DNA of 64,000 nucleotides from a bacterium (lineage in GTDB: Bacteria; Fidelibacterota; UBA2242). The notes under the pieces were generated by a model that was not told where the DNA came from, ran no database searches, and saw only the letters and a list, made by a program, of their open reading frames with translations. Location of the stretch: assembly GCA_018824205.1 (NCBI GenBank), contig JAHJGX010000058.1, positions 54,366 to 118,365 on the forward strand, written 5' to 3'. Each line of letters opens with the position of its first letter. Positions within the stretch are counted from its first letter, which is position 1. This document shows positions 40,675 through 49,300 of the stretch, in pieces. A program made the position numbers and the translations under genes.

Positions 40675-42807
40675 ATGAACAATTTTAAAGTGTCGATTTT
40701 AGTCGTTTTGTGTGTCGGATTGCTCGGTTCGCTGGCCCTGGCCGGACAGCACGACTATCCCAACTTCCCGCTGCACAACTGGGTCATGGTTGGTTTTCCG
40801 GTCACACCCACGGAGCAGAATCCCGATGCGGTCTGGGGGCCTTTTTTCGGCGGCAACCAGGGCAATGACAACGATGCTGATAATACGCTCTGGCGTTTTT
40901 CCCGTTGGCTGGCCCAGTACGACACCTATATCCGCTGGGGTGAATTAGACCGTGACACAGTCGGTGTTTTGACCGATTTTGGTGAACCCACCGCCATCAT
41001 CCCCGGCTGGGGTTACTGGTTCTATCAGAATCAGTTCAGTGATGTGACGTTTAATGTCAATGGGACCGAAGCCGACGACAGTGGTCCTTATTATATTCCC
41101 ATTGATCCGCCCCAGAACGGGCATCGCGGCCGTACCATGGTGGGCAACCCGTTTACCTTTCCCATTGACTGGAAAAATACCGAAGTGGTCATCGAGTCCG
41201 AAGAGATTGACACAGTGGTTTCTTTGATTGCGGCCAACGAGATGGGCCTGATCGATCAACATGCCTATCCCTGGAATGCGGGTCTGATGAACGGCGACAT
41301 CAACACCTATATCCCTCTGAATGCAACTGATGGTGGCGCGGTTCCGAAATGGCAGGGATTTTGGGTCGAACAACTCAATGAAAATGTAAATTATTACATC
41401 AAGTATAAGGTTGAACACACTCAGGGCGATGACAACTGCAAGTATCATGATGCCCATTCCGGTCATGTCAGTGAGAAAGATTATCTCGGTCAGGATGGCA
41501 TCCGTGAAACTGATCTCTTTACCATGGTGGTTGAAGATCCCAATGAGATCATTATAGTATCAACCCAGGCTCAGGGTTTTTCCAATGACGGCAGTTTCCA
41601 TTGGCCGGATCAGACCTATTTTCTGAACAATCAGGGCTTTGGCATTGAATTCATCAGCATGACTGTCGGGGCCGAGTATACTACCTATGAATTTACCGTA
41701 ACCGCGGAAGTTGACGACCCCAATTTTAAACAACGCATGATGCACGTCCACTTCTTCTTTGGGGATAACTCCAACGTGGTTTATCCGGCCACACCCAACC
41801 ATGGCAATGATGAACCCGGCAATGATGACAATCGCGGGAAGAACGATAATGGTAATGCCGCTGAGATTACGATCCTGCGGTCCACTGAAACAGTGGTCGG
41901 CCAGTCAACGAATGTTACGCTGCAACTCAAAGTACCACCCACGACTGTGGGCCTGGCCAAAGCGGCCGCTAAAGTAAGTCCGCGAGATGTGGTGGAAACC
42001 GTCAGCGACCGGGATTGGGTTATTCCGATGAGCATTGCCACAAGCGACGGCACCGTGAAGGACAACTTTAATGCGATTGGTGTTCTACAGGCTGCCTCCG
42101 ACGGTTACGATACTCATGATATTGCCCAGTGGACCCCCCAGGGAACATTCCTGGAAATCTATTTTCCTCACGATGACGTCAGCAAACCGCTGCATTACTG
42201 GTATGAAAAACCCAGCAGTGTCTGTTATGACATGCGGGCCGATTCGACCCACAAAGACTGGATTATGCGGGTTGCGGCCTATACCGATGTTGTAAGTCCT
42301 TTGTCAGTCCGTAATAAAACGGTGACCATCCGCTGGGATGCTTCCGAAGTCAATGCTGACTGGGAACTGCAGCTCCAGGCGGCCGATTATACCGTTCTGG
42401 TTGAGGATATGAAAACCGTCAGCGAATATACCTTTACCACGGCAGATAATAACTACAGCGTTCAGGATTTTGTTATTATGACGACATTTACACCGAACCT
42501 GAACAGTATTGAAGCACCACCGGTGGCGGAGACCTATGCTTTGCTGCAGAACTATCCCAACCCCTTTAACCCGACCACGACCATTCAGTATCGGATAACT
42601 CGGAACGAATGGGTACAACTGGCGATCTATAACCTGCAGGGTGAACTGGTAAAAACCCTCTGGTCCGGCGATAAATCAACCGGCGATTATCAGGTCCAAT
42701 GGAATGGGACCGATAATCAGGGACGGCCAGTGGCCAGCGGGGTCTATCTGACAAAACTGCTGACGCCGACAATGGCCCGTTCGAATAAAATGTTGTTACT
42801 TAAATAA
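40675..42807 (+). CDS. large secreted protein with a T9SS (Por) C-terminal sorting domain. Paralog 1, function unknown.
   Basis: Signal peptide (MNNFKVSILVVLCVGLLGSLALAG). C-terminal ~80 aa match the T9SS CTD pattern (NYPNPFNPTTTIQY...VYLTKL...). The start was reset to ATG 40675 with AAAGGGGG upstream. Confidence 0.7.
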   Translation: MNNFKVSILVVLCVGLLGSLALAGQHDYPNFPLHNWVMVGFPVTPTEQNPDAVWGPFFGGNQGNDNDADNTLWRFSRWLAQYDTYIRWGELDRDTVGVLTDFGEPTAIIPGWGYWFYQNQFSDVTFNVNGTEADDSGPYYIPIDPPQNGHRGRTMVGNPFTFPIDWKNTEVVIESEEIDTVVSLIAANEMGLIDQHAYPWNAGLMNGDINTYIPLNATDGGAVPKWQGFWVEQLNENVNYYIKYKVEHTQGDDNCKYHDAHSGHVSEKDYLGQDGIRETDLFTMVVEDPNEIIIVSTQAQGFSNDGSFHWPDQTYFLNNQGFGIEFISMTVGAEYTTYEFTVTAEVDDPNFKQRMMHVHFFFGDNSNVVYPATPNHGNDEPGNDDNRGKNDNGNAAEITILRSTETVVGQSTNVTLQLKVPPTTVGLAKAAAKVSPRDVVETVSDRDWVIPMSIATSDGTVKDNFNAIGVLQAASDGYDTHDIAQWTPQGTFLEIYFPHDDVSKPLHYWYEKPSSVCYDMRADSTHKDWIMRVAAYTDVVSPLSVRNKTVTIRWDASEVNADWELQLQAADYTVLVEDMKTVSEYTFTTADNNYSVQDFVIMTTFTPNLNSIEAPPVAETYALLQNYPNPFNPTTTIQYRITRNEWVQLAIYNLQGELVKTLWSGDKSTGDYQVQWNGTDNQGRPVASGVYLTKLLTPTMARSNKMLLLK

Positions 42808-42841
42808 TTAATTGAAATCTAATAACATAAAGGAATTTGTT

Positions 42842-42979
42842 ATGAAAGAGAAAATCTTAGAAAACGAAAAAGTCGATGTGAAAATTGAGTATGATGCGCC
42901 GCGTATTATTCAGAAGAGAGAAATCGTGATTGAATTGCAGACCAATTATATTCCCGATGAACCGCCGCCTCCTATGTGA
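42842..42979 (+). CDS. small ORF (45 aa) encoding a candidate RiPP precursor peptide with a lasso-type leader motif (YxxPRI...LQTN) and a variable C-terminal core (YIPDEPPPPM)
   Basis: Not in the ORF track (under 60 aa). ATG preceded by AAGGA and a 7-nt spacer. Shares motif Y-x2-P-R-I-x2-K-x4-I-[DE]-[LI]-Q-T-N at identical spacing with the second small ORF at 45460. Confidence 0.45.
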   Translation: MKEKILENEKVDVKIEYDAPRIIQKREIVIELQTNYIPDEPPPPM

Positions 42980-43038
42980 GAATAGTTGGGATTAATGAGA
43001 CATATTCAAATCATGAAACCTATGAAAGTGAGAATAAT

Positions 43039-45441
43039 ATGAAAACGAGAACATTTTTAACAATGACAGCAATCGGCGTGATGCTTCTGTCCGGTCTGGC
43101 ATTATCCCAGCAGACCATCACTTATGAGAATTTTCCGAAAGCCAAGATGATGCTGATCGGAATTCCGCTGAATTTTACGGACAGTGATCCGGGCGCAGTA
43201 CTGGAACCAGAGTTTGGCGAGCAAATCAGAGATGGTAGTATCTATCCCTACTGGCGCTTTTCCCGCTGGGATATTGGCGACCACACTTATTACCGCTATG
43301 GCGAAATGGAATTTACCTGGGATCACGATGCACAGAATTATAAGCCTGCAACAGAAAAGACCGAGCAGGGCAGTCCCCATGCCATTGAACCGGGCTATGG
43401 CTACTGGCTGGCCCAGAGTTCGGGCAATACTGTGGACACTTTATCGCTTACCGGTATACCCGCTGATCAAGATGCGCCGGTTTATGTGCCCGTTGATCCG
43501 CCGGAAACAGTTCAGGGACATGCCTATCCCGGAATCACCATGGTGTCGAATCCATTTCTGTATACCATTGACTGGGTAAATGCCTATTACCGGATAAATA
43601 GTGGCGATGAAGTCACGCTGGAGCAGGCCGTCAATATGGGATTGGTGTCCCAATATGCCTATCCCTGGGACGGCGCTCAGTACACTCCTTTTAATATGAC
43701 CGATGGAGGAAATCTGAAGATCTGGGACGGTTACTGGGTGGAACAGCTGAATCCCGAACCGACCGAATATGTGGTCTATGATGTGGCCTGTGACATTGAA
43801 AGCAGCGAAGGCGGCGGCGGGGAGTGCGGCGAATGTGACGGACAGGTTTCCTATCTGAAACTGCTATACAACGGTATTTATGACAATGCCAAGATTAAGG
43901 TTTATGATAACAAAAGTAATAAACTGTACTATGGTACTGTCCAAAAGGGCGGTGAATTTGAGTTTAGCGGAAAGCAGGGCGGCGAGCGGATGGGCCCGAA
44001 AATTAAGATTTACATCAGTAATGCCGATAAATGCAGCGGCTGCGGCGAAAATTTTTGTGAAATCCATACCAGCTGTTCCGTACCCATTGGAATTGGTCAG
44101 GTATGGGGGCCGTTTACCATTACCGCAGGCGCAAGCCGCAACGGCGGGGCTTTATGCCCGATCGGTGAAACCAATAAACCGATTATCAAATTTTATGATG
44201 CCGAAGTCAATGGTTCGGACAGCGATCTGGGCGAAGGCGGCGTGATTGAAACCGACCGGTTCATTATTTCCCTTTACAATGATGATGACGGTGAACTGTC
44301 TTTTAAAACCTTTACCGTGAACGATGATTCCTCAGCCTGGATTGCGCTGACTCAGGAGGGCACGGCCGTGTCCGATGGCCAGGGATTTACTGTCACTTTG
44401 ATCAGTGAATCCGAAGGCACCTATACCATTGATGTAGCCAGTACTGGATCTGCGGTATTGGAGGCAGTCAAGTTCCGTTTTGGCGATGATCAGACTCTTG
44501 ATTCACCGGAATGCGGCGAAACCTTTACTTCGACCCGGCAACTACTGGGCGGTGTACAGGTTTCAACACTTGAATTGAAAACCCCACCCACCAATGTGGG
44601 CGGTGGAAAACTGGCAAAGTCATCAGAAAAAATTCCTCATCCTTTGAAATCCGAATCGGTTGCCGAATGGATAGTACCAATAAGCGTGAGTAGCAGCAGC
44701 GGTGAACTGATCGATAGTTACAACGGCTTTGGCGTCAAAGAGGGCGCTTCGGCCACATTTGACCTGCTAGATGCCCGTAACTTTACGCCCAATCTGGATG
44801 CCTGGGTAGATATCTACTTCCCCCATCACAAAGAAAATGATCCGCTGAATTACTGGCCGCAAAAACCGATGAAAGCCGCCTATGATGTACGTCCGGAAGC
44901 CGATGTTATCTCCTGGGATATGGAAATGTCTTATGTTAATGCCGGCAGCCAGAAGTTTACGATCAACTGGGATGCCAGTCAATTCCCGGCGGATCTGGAA
45001 CTGACGTTTGTTGATTTTAGCACCGATGAACGAATTGATATGCTGACAGTTTCGGAATATGCGGTGACCACGCCGGCGGATCCCTACGGTACGCTTTATT
45101 TTGCCGTAGTGGCCGCTCTGCCCGAAGAGGCCGTTGGAATTGATCGTGATATCACCAAACCGGCGGAATTCCGTCTGCTGGCGAATTACCCGAATCCGTT
45201 CAATGCGACGACGCGACTTCTGTACACATTGCCGGAAGCTGCACAGGTAAAACTGACAATCTATAACCTGAACGGAACTTTGGTGAATACTCTGGTGAAT
45301 GGAATACAGCCGGCCGGTTATTACGGAATGGATTGGGATGGCCACGATCAGAGCGGCGCAATGGTCAGCACCGGCGTCTATATCTACCGGCTCCAGGCCA
45401 ATGGCCAGGTATCAACCCGCAAAATGCTACTAATGAAGTAA
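43039..45441 (+). CDS. large secreted protein with a T9SS C-terminal sorting domain. Paralog 2, function unknown.
   Basis: Signal peptide (MKTRTFLTMTAIGVMLLSGLALSQQ) and C-terminal T9SS CTD (NYPNPFNATTRLLY...VYIYRL...). Shares several conserved blocks with paralog 1 (NPF.[FY][TP]IDW, AYPW, YW[VE]EQLN, YFPH..x.PL.YW.[EQ]KP). Confidence 0.7.
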   Translation: MKTRTFLTMTAIGVMLLSGLALSQQTITYENFPKAKMMLIGIPLNFTDSDPGAVLEPEFGEQIRDGSIYPYWRFSRWDIGDHTYYRYGEMEFTWDHDAQNYKPATEKTEQGSPHAIEPGYGYWLAQSSGNTVDTLSLTGIPADQDAPVYVPVDPPETVQGHAYPGITMVSNPFLYTIDWVNAYYRINSGDEVTLEQAVNMGLVSQYAYPWDGAQYTPFNMTDGGNLKIWDGYWVEQLNPEPTEYVVYDVACDIESSEGGGGECGECDGQVSYLKLLYNGIYDNAKIKVYDNKSNKLYYGTVQKGGEFEFSGKQGGERMGPKIKIYISNADKCSGCGENFCEIHTSCSVPIGIGQVWGPFTITAGASRNGGALCPIGETNKPIIKFYDAEVNGSDSDLGEGGVIETDRFIISLYNDDDGELSFKTFTVNDDSSAWIALTQEGTAVSDGQGFTVTLISESEGTYTIDVASTGSAVLEAVKFRFGDDQTLDSPECGETFTSTRQLLGGVQVSTLELKTPPTNVGGGKLAKSSEKIPHPLKSESVAEWIVPISVSSSSGELIDSYNGFGVKEGASATFDLLDARNFTPNLDAWVDIYFPHHKENDPLNYWPQKPMKAAYDVRPEADVISWDMEMSYVNAGSQKFTINWDASQFPADLELTFVDFSTDERIDMLTVSEYAVTTPADPYGTLYFAVVAALPEEAVGIDRDITKPAEFRLLANYPNPFNATTRLLYTLPEAAQVKLTIYNLNGTLVNTLVNGIQPAGYYGMDWDGHDQSGAMVSTGVYIYRLQANGQVSTRKMLLMK

Positions 45442-45459
45442 AGATTGGATCAGTATTTT

Positions 45460-45582
45460 ATGAATCGTGACCAGCATACACATTTGAAAATGCCCTATAT
45501 ACCGCCCCGAATTACGGAAAAAACGAAACTGAAGATTGACATCCAGACAAATTCAACCGCTGATGGCGGGTATCTTTCCTGA
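45460..45582 (+). CDS. small ORF (40 aa) encoding a second candidate precursor peptide with the same leader motif (YIPPRI...IQTN) and a different core (STADGGYLS)
   Basis: Not in the ORF track. Lies 18 nt downstream of T9SS paralog 2 and 20 nt upstream of the S24 peptidase gene. The leader is homologous to the 42842 peptide and the core is divergent. Confidence 0.45.
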   Translation: MNRDQHTHLKMPYIPPRITEKTKLKIDIQTNSTADGGYLS

Positions 45583-45602
45583 AAGGATGCACAGAATCTG
45601 AT

Positions 45603-45998
45603 TTGAAAGAAACCATCCAGATACAATCTCACGGAAATAGCATGCTCCCGGTGATTCAGCCGGGAGCAGCGCTGTCTATAGAGCCCGGAACTTATGGAGA
45701 GCAGAATCCCAAAGCCGGTGAGATTATTGCTTTTCGGAGAGGCGAGGGGCTGGTCTGTCACCGATTTTACGGGACCATCGGGATTAGCCGCCGACGCTAT
45801 GGGATTGAGAAAGGCGACCGCAACCGGATTGCCGGACTGTTTCGCCTGGAGGATTACATCGGGCGCCTGATAGCAGTGGATGCACGGGCTGCCGCCGAAC
45901 TGTTCCGAATTGTTAAAAAACCCTCTGTATTTGTACTATTTGGGGGCCTGATCCGGGAGCATCTGGACTGGATCTGCCGGAAATCGCCCACCAGCTAA
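45603..45998 (+). CDS. S24/S26-type (LexA/signal-peptidase-like) Ser-Lys peptidase, standalone
   Basis: GNSMLP motif (catalytic Ser context) near the N-terminus, 131 aa. TTG start. Confidence 0.55.
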   Translation: MKETIQIQSHGNSMLPVIQPGAALSIEPGTYGEQNPKAGEIIAFRRGEGLVCHRFYGTIGISRRRYGIEKGDRNRIAGLFRLEDYIGRLIAVDARAAAELFRIVKKPSVFVLFGGLIREHLDWICRKSPTS

Positions 45999-46059
45999 CT
46001 CAATTACATTTTTAAAAACTTTTCTTTTCCTCTTCAATTTTCCTGATTATATTAATTCA

Positions 46060-47232
46060 ATGACCGATTATAAAGTCAAATTATTGACACTGTGCCGAAT
46101 TATCAGCGGAATTCCTGTTTCTAAAGACAGTCTCTCAGGGAGTGTATCTGGAGATAATCGTCCACTGCTTGATCTGCTGCAGTATCACCAGGTTGCGGCC
46201 CTGGCCTATTATTACCGGAAGCCCCTGGCCGATACCGGAGTCCACTTTGATCCGGAGACACTGGCCAACTTAAAAAGCTATACCCTGTTGAACATCAGCC
46301 GGGTGATGGTCTATGAACATTATTTGAAGCATCTGGATGATCTGATGCAGTCCTATTCCGTTGATTATCGTCTGCTCAAGGGCATTGTAACAGCCAAATC
46401 CGTCTATCCCGAGGATTACCTGCGGGCCTTCGGGGACGCGGATATTTTAATCCGGCCGGAGAATCTGAAAACCGTTGAAGCCCTGCTGGAAAAGGACAGT
46501 TTCAAGCATGCCGACGATCTCTACCGGGTTTTTCCCGATGAGATTATTCAAAAATACTCCTTTGCCCAGCACTTTCTACGCAGTGAGCCGAACAATGTGG
46601 CCGTGGATTTGCACCTGAATATGAGTAGCCGCCTGCACCCCTTTCAGTTTGATTCCGATGATTTCTGGGACAGCAGCATCTCCTTTCAGCTGGATGGACA
46701 CGAACTGAAGACTTTTGATCCGGAACACCAGGGTGTGTATGCCATTTACCATGCCTTTAAGCATTATTTTTTCAAATTGATCTGGTTTATTGATGCCTTT
46801 CTGCTGCTGGACCGGGCCGACCTGGACCGGAGGAAATTTCAGGCCCTGATAAAAAAATACAAGCTATCAAAGTTGCTAAATTATTACGCATCCATCACTC
46901 TGGAACTGTTCGGGCGCCTGCCGGCTGTGATTGGGGACTATAGAATCGAAGACCGGGAAGCACACAGCCTGATCAACAGCCAGGCGATTCTGTCCGGGTT
47001 TTTACCCTATTCGCCTTCCCGGGCCCGCTTGCTGCTGCCCATGTATTATCTGAAAGGTCCATTCGTACGTTTTGGTTTTCTGTGGCGGCAACTCTTTCCG
47101 CCCATGGAGACCGTCAGGGATTTTTATGTGGGTAAAAATTCCGGGAAAGGTGTCTTCAGGTATGCTAAATTACGCTGCAAGGCCATTTCAGACCTCTGCT
47201 TAAATAAAACCAAAGAGGAGTACTCAAGTTGA
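46060..47232 (+). CDS. nucleotidyltransferase family protein (NTP_transf_5 / 'uncharacterized nucleotidyltransferase' type found in lasso-peptide-like clusters)
   Basis: 390 aa with a Pol-beta-like GD..D..I core (FGDADILI) and a family-typical C-terminal helical region. Confidence 0.6.
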   Translation: MTDYKVKLLTLCRIISGIPVSKDSLSGSVSGDNRPLLDLLQYHQVAALAYYYRKPLADTGVHFDPETLANLKSYTLLNISRVMVYEHYLKHLDDLMQSYSVDYRLLKGIVTAKSVYPEDYLRAFGDADILIRPENLKTVEALLEKDSFKHADDLYRVFPDEIIQKYSFAQHFLRSEPNNVAVDLHLNMSSRLHPFQFDSDDFWDSSISFQLDGHELKTFDPEHQGVYAIYHAFKHYFFKLIWFIDAFLLLDRADLDRRKFQALIKKYKLSKLLNYYASITLELFGRLPAVIGDYRIEDREAHSLINSQAILSGFLPYSPSRARLLLPMYYLKGPFVRFGFLWRQLFPPMETVRDFYVGKNSGKGVFRYAKLRCKAISDLCLNKTKEEYSS

Positions 47233-47489
47233 AGTACGTACATTGCAACAATATCGATTGGAAAGAATTTGATGACGAGAGTGTGCTCCTCAATCTCTCC
47301 ACAGGCTACTATTTTCGCCTGAACCCGGTGGGCACTTTTATCTGGCCGCTGATCAGCCGGGAGCATACTATTAGCGGCATTGCCGATCGCGTGGTGGAAA
47401 AATTTGACGTGTCCCAACACCAGGCTAAAACCGATATGCACGATTTTATCGAACAGTTGCTGGCAGAACAGCTCATCCAAAAAGCCTGA
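47229..47489 (+). CDS. PqqD family protein (RiPP recognition element, peptide chaperone)
   Basis: 86 aa with the typical PqqD/RRE signature (ESVLLNLSTGYYFRLNPVGTFIW). Overlaps neighbours at both ends. Confidence 0.75.
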   Translation: MKYVHCNNIDWKEFDDESVLLNLSTGYYFRLNPVGTFIWPLISREHTISGIADRVVEKFDVSQHQAKTDMHDFIEQLLAEQLIQKA

Positions 47490-48445
47490 TGCAGATGCCA
47501 GATGATTATCGCTTTACTGAAGAACTACCCTTTTTAGATTTCCAGATTCGCTGGCATTCCAATCAGCAGCTGCCCATCGATATCCTGGGGGAACAGTTTC
47601 TCTACAGCAGCCTGTCAGCCGGCGCCGATGTCCGGGACAGTTTTGATTTTTACATCGATATAATCGAGGATTCCGACAGCGATGCCTCATGGAATACGGC
47701 GCTCCAGCACCGTTACGATGCTAATGAAAAATTGCTGTATTTAAGCTATCTCGACGGGGCCATCCAGGTTACCGTGGATTATGGGCAGAAGCGGGTCACG
47801 GCCAAAATCATGGAGCGGGCCCTGGTTTACCGGGCGGCGCTGGGCAACTGGGTGCTCACGATCCCCCTGAGTGAACTGCTGAAACTGCACGGCATCTACC
47901 TGATGCATGCGGCCTGCCTGGTGAAGGATGGCAAGGGGATTCTGTTCGCCGGCCGCTCGGGCGTCGGTAAAACCACCCTGGCCATCGGTCTTCTGACCAT
48001 GGGCTGGCAGCTGGTCTCCGACGATGAAATCTTCCTGCAGTCCAACCCGGAACTGCTGGCACACGGAGGCCCCGAACGGGCCAAAGTCAGCTGGCCTACC
48101 TGGCGGCGCTTCAGTTATTACCTGGGGGAGCAGGACCGTTATAACGGCAAGCAAATTATCCATCTGGGCGATCATTTTCCGGGACAGGTGACTAATCGTC
48201 ACGCCATTACGGCGGTCTGCTTTGTGGGGCAGTCTGACCGCGTAACGATCTGTCCCCTGGATCCCATGGATGCCTACCGGCGGCTCCTGTCGGTGGCCTT
48301 TCTGACGTCGGAGCCGTCCCTGACCCGGCAGAACAATGATTTTCTCTATCGCTTCAGCCGGGAAATTCCGGCCTATGGACTGCAGACCGGCCTGGATTTC
48401 AAGGCCCTGGATGCCCACCTGGCCCAATCTATCCTGCATCAATAA
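47489..48445 (+). CDS. HprK-related kinase (HPr kinase C-terminal-domain-like P-loop protein)
   Basis: Walker A GRSGVGKTTLA embedded in an HprK_C-like fold (ILFAGRSGVGKTTLAIGL..VSDD), 318 aa. Confidence 0.7.
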   Translation: MQMPDDYRFTEELPFLDFQIRWHSNQQLPIDILGEQFLYSSLSAGADVRDSFDFYIDIIEDSDSDASWNTALQHRYDANEKLLYLSYLDGAIQVTVDYGQKRVTAKIMERALVYRAALGNWVLTIPLSELLKLHGIYLMHAACLVKDGKGILFAGRSGVGKTTLAIGLLTMGWQLVSDDEIFLQSNPELLAHGGPERAKVSWPTWRRFSYYLGEQDRYNGKQIIHLGDHFPGQVTNRHAITAVCFVGQSDRVTICPLDPMDAYRRLLSVAFLTSEPSLTRQNNDFLYRFSREIPAYGLQTGLDFKALDAHLAQSILHQ

Positions 48446-48598
48446 ATTTTCTTTGCATTTCTAAAAAAATCAATTTAAATCAAATAACTAACGGGCAAGT
48501 TCTATAAAGAGGTTTCGAGGTGCTTAAACAGTGAGTTTGAGCAGTTCCTTGAAACCTTAGATTATAGCCCCTATGCAAATAGGAGTATGGAGGGGATT

Positions 48599-48757
48599 AT
48601 GGTTCATCGTAAATGCCCCCGTTGCGGGGCGCAGCAGTTTCGCAAAGTGCGCCGCAAACGCTGGATGTGTTATCTGCCCTTTTCAAGCTGCTGGGAATGT
48701 TACTGTAAATTTCTGCTGGTGTTTGGGATTATTGTCTGGCGGCACAATTATACCTGA
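48599..48757 (+). CDS. possible small Cys-rich zinc-ribbon/TM protein (52 aa: MVHRKCPRCGAQQFRKVRRKRWMCYLPFSSCWECYCKFLLVFGIIVWRHNYT)
   Basis: Alternative frame to the ORF-track 48573-48782 ORF. CPRCG...C..C.C arrangement plus a hydrophobic tail. GGAGGGG lies 5 nt upstream. Confidence 0.2.
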   Translation: MVHRKCPRCGAQQFRKVRRKRWMCYLPFSSCWECYCKFLLVFGIIVWRHNYT

Positions 48758-49300
48758 TGCCGGGATTTTGGAAACACCGTAATGTGACGGAAATTACAGA
48801 TATTGGTACTGAACATTTGGAAAGAATCTAACTATGCGCGGGGAGACTGTTTAATTAATATGAAGAAGATATTGGAATTGTTTATTTTACTTAGCAATGC
48901 CGGCGATTTATTGCCGCTACTATAGTCTTCGTAAATAGTGCAAATATTATTGCGAAAACCGCATATTATTAGTAACATAAGCACAGATTGTAGAGACTTG
49001 AAACGGGATTCATTTATTGATATTTTTTTTACTCCGATCTAATATAAATTATTGAAGATTCCCTTTGGGATATGACGAAAAAGATTTGGACATTCGGTAA
49101 AATCGCGGCATTGAATAACGCCTTTAACGGAGATGTATTATCAGGTGATTTTTATCACTGGATTTAAATAAAAATAAGTAGAAATTATAGGTTCTACAAT
49201 TTGCCCGCTCAGCCCATGTAGCTGAGGGGGCGAAGCCCTGCCCCGGCGGATGCAATTCCCCGGCCGGAAAAATGCGTAAGTAATTAATAATAGGAAAGAT

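Noticed and set aside
42842-45582. Interpreting the two small peptides as canonical lasso-peptide precursors
   Set aside because: Cores do not start with Gly/Ala/Ser/Cys followed by an Asp/Glu at positions 7-9 in a consistent way. No lasso cyclase or B2 protease is present in the window. They are therefore reported as lasso-leader-like precursors of an unassigned class and not as lasso peptides.
48573-48782. ORF-track 69-aa ORF (MQIGVWRGLWFIV…)
   Set aside because: Its composition is not protein-like. The overlapping frame-2 ORF at 48599-48757 has a zinc-ribbon-like Cys pattern and a plausible RBS. Even that one is reported only at low confidence.
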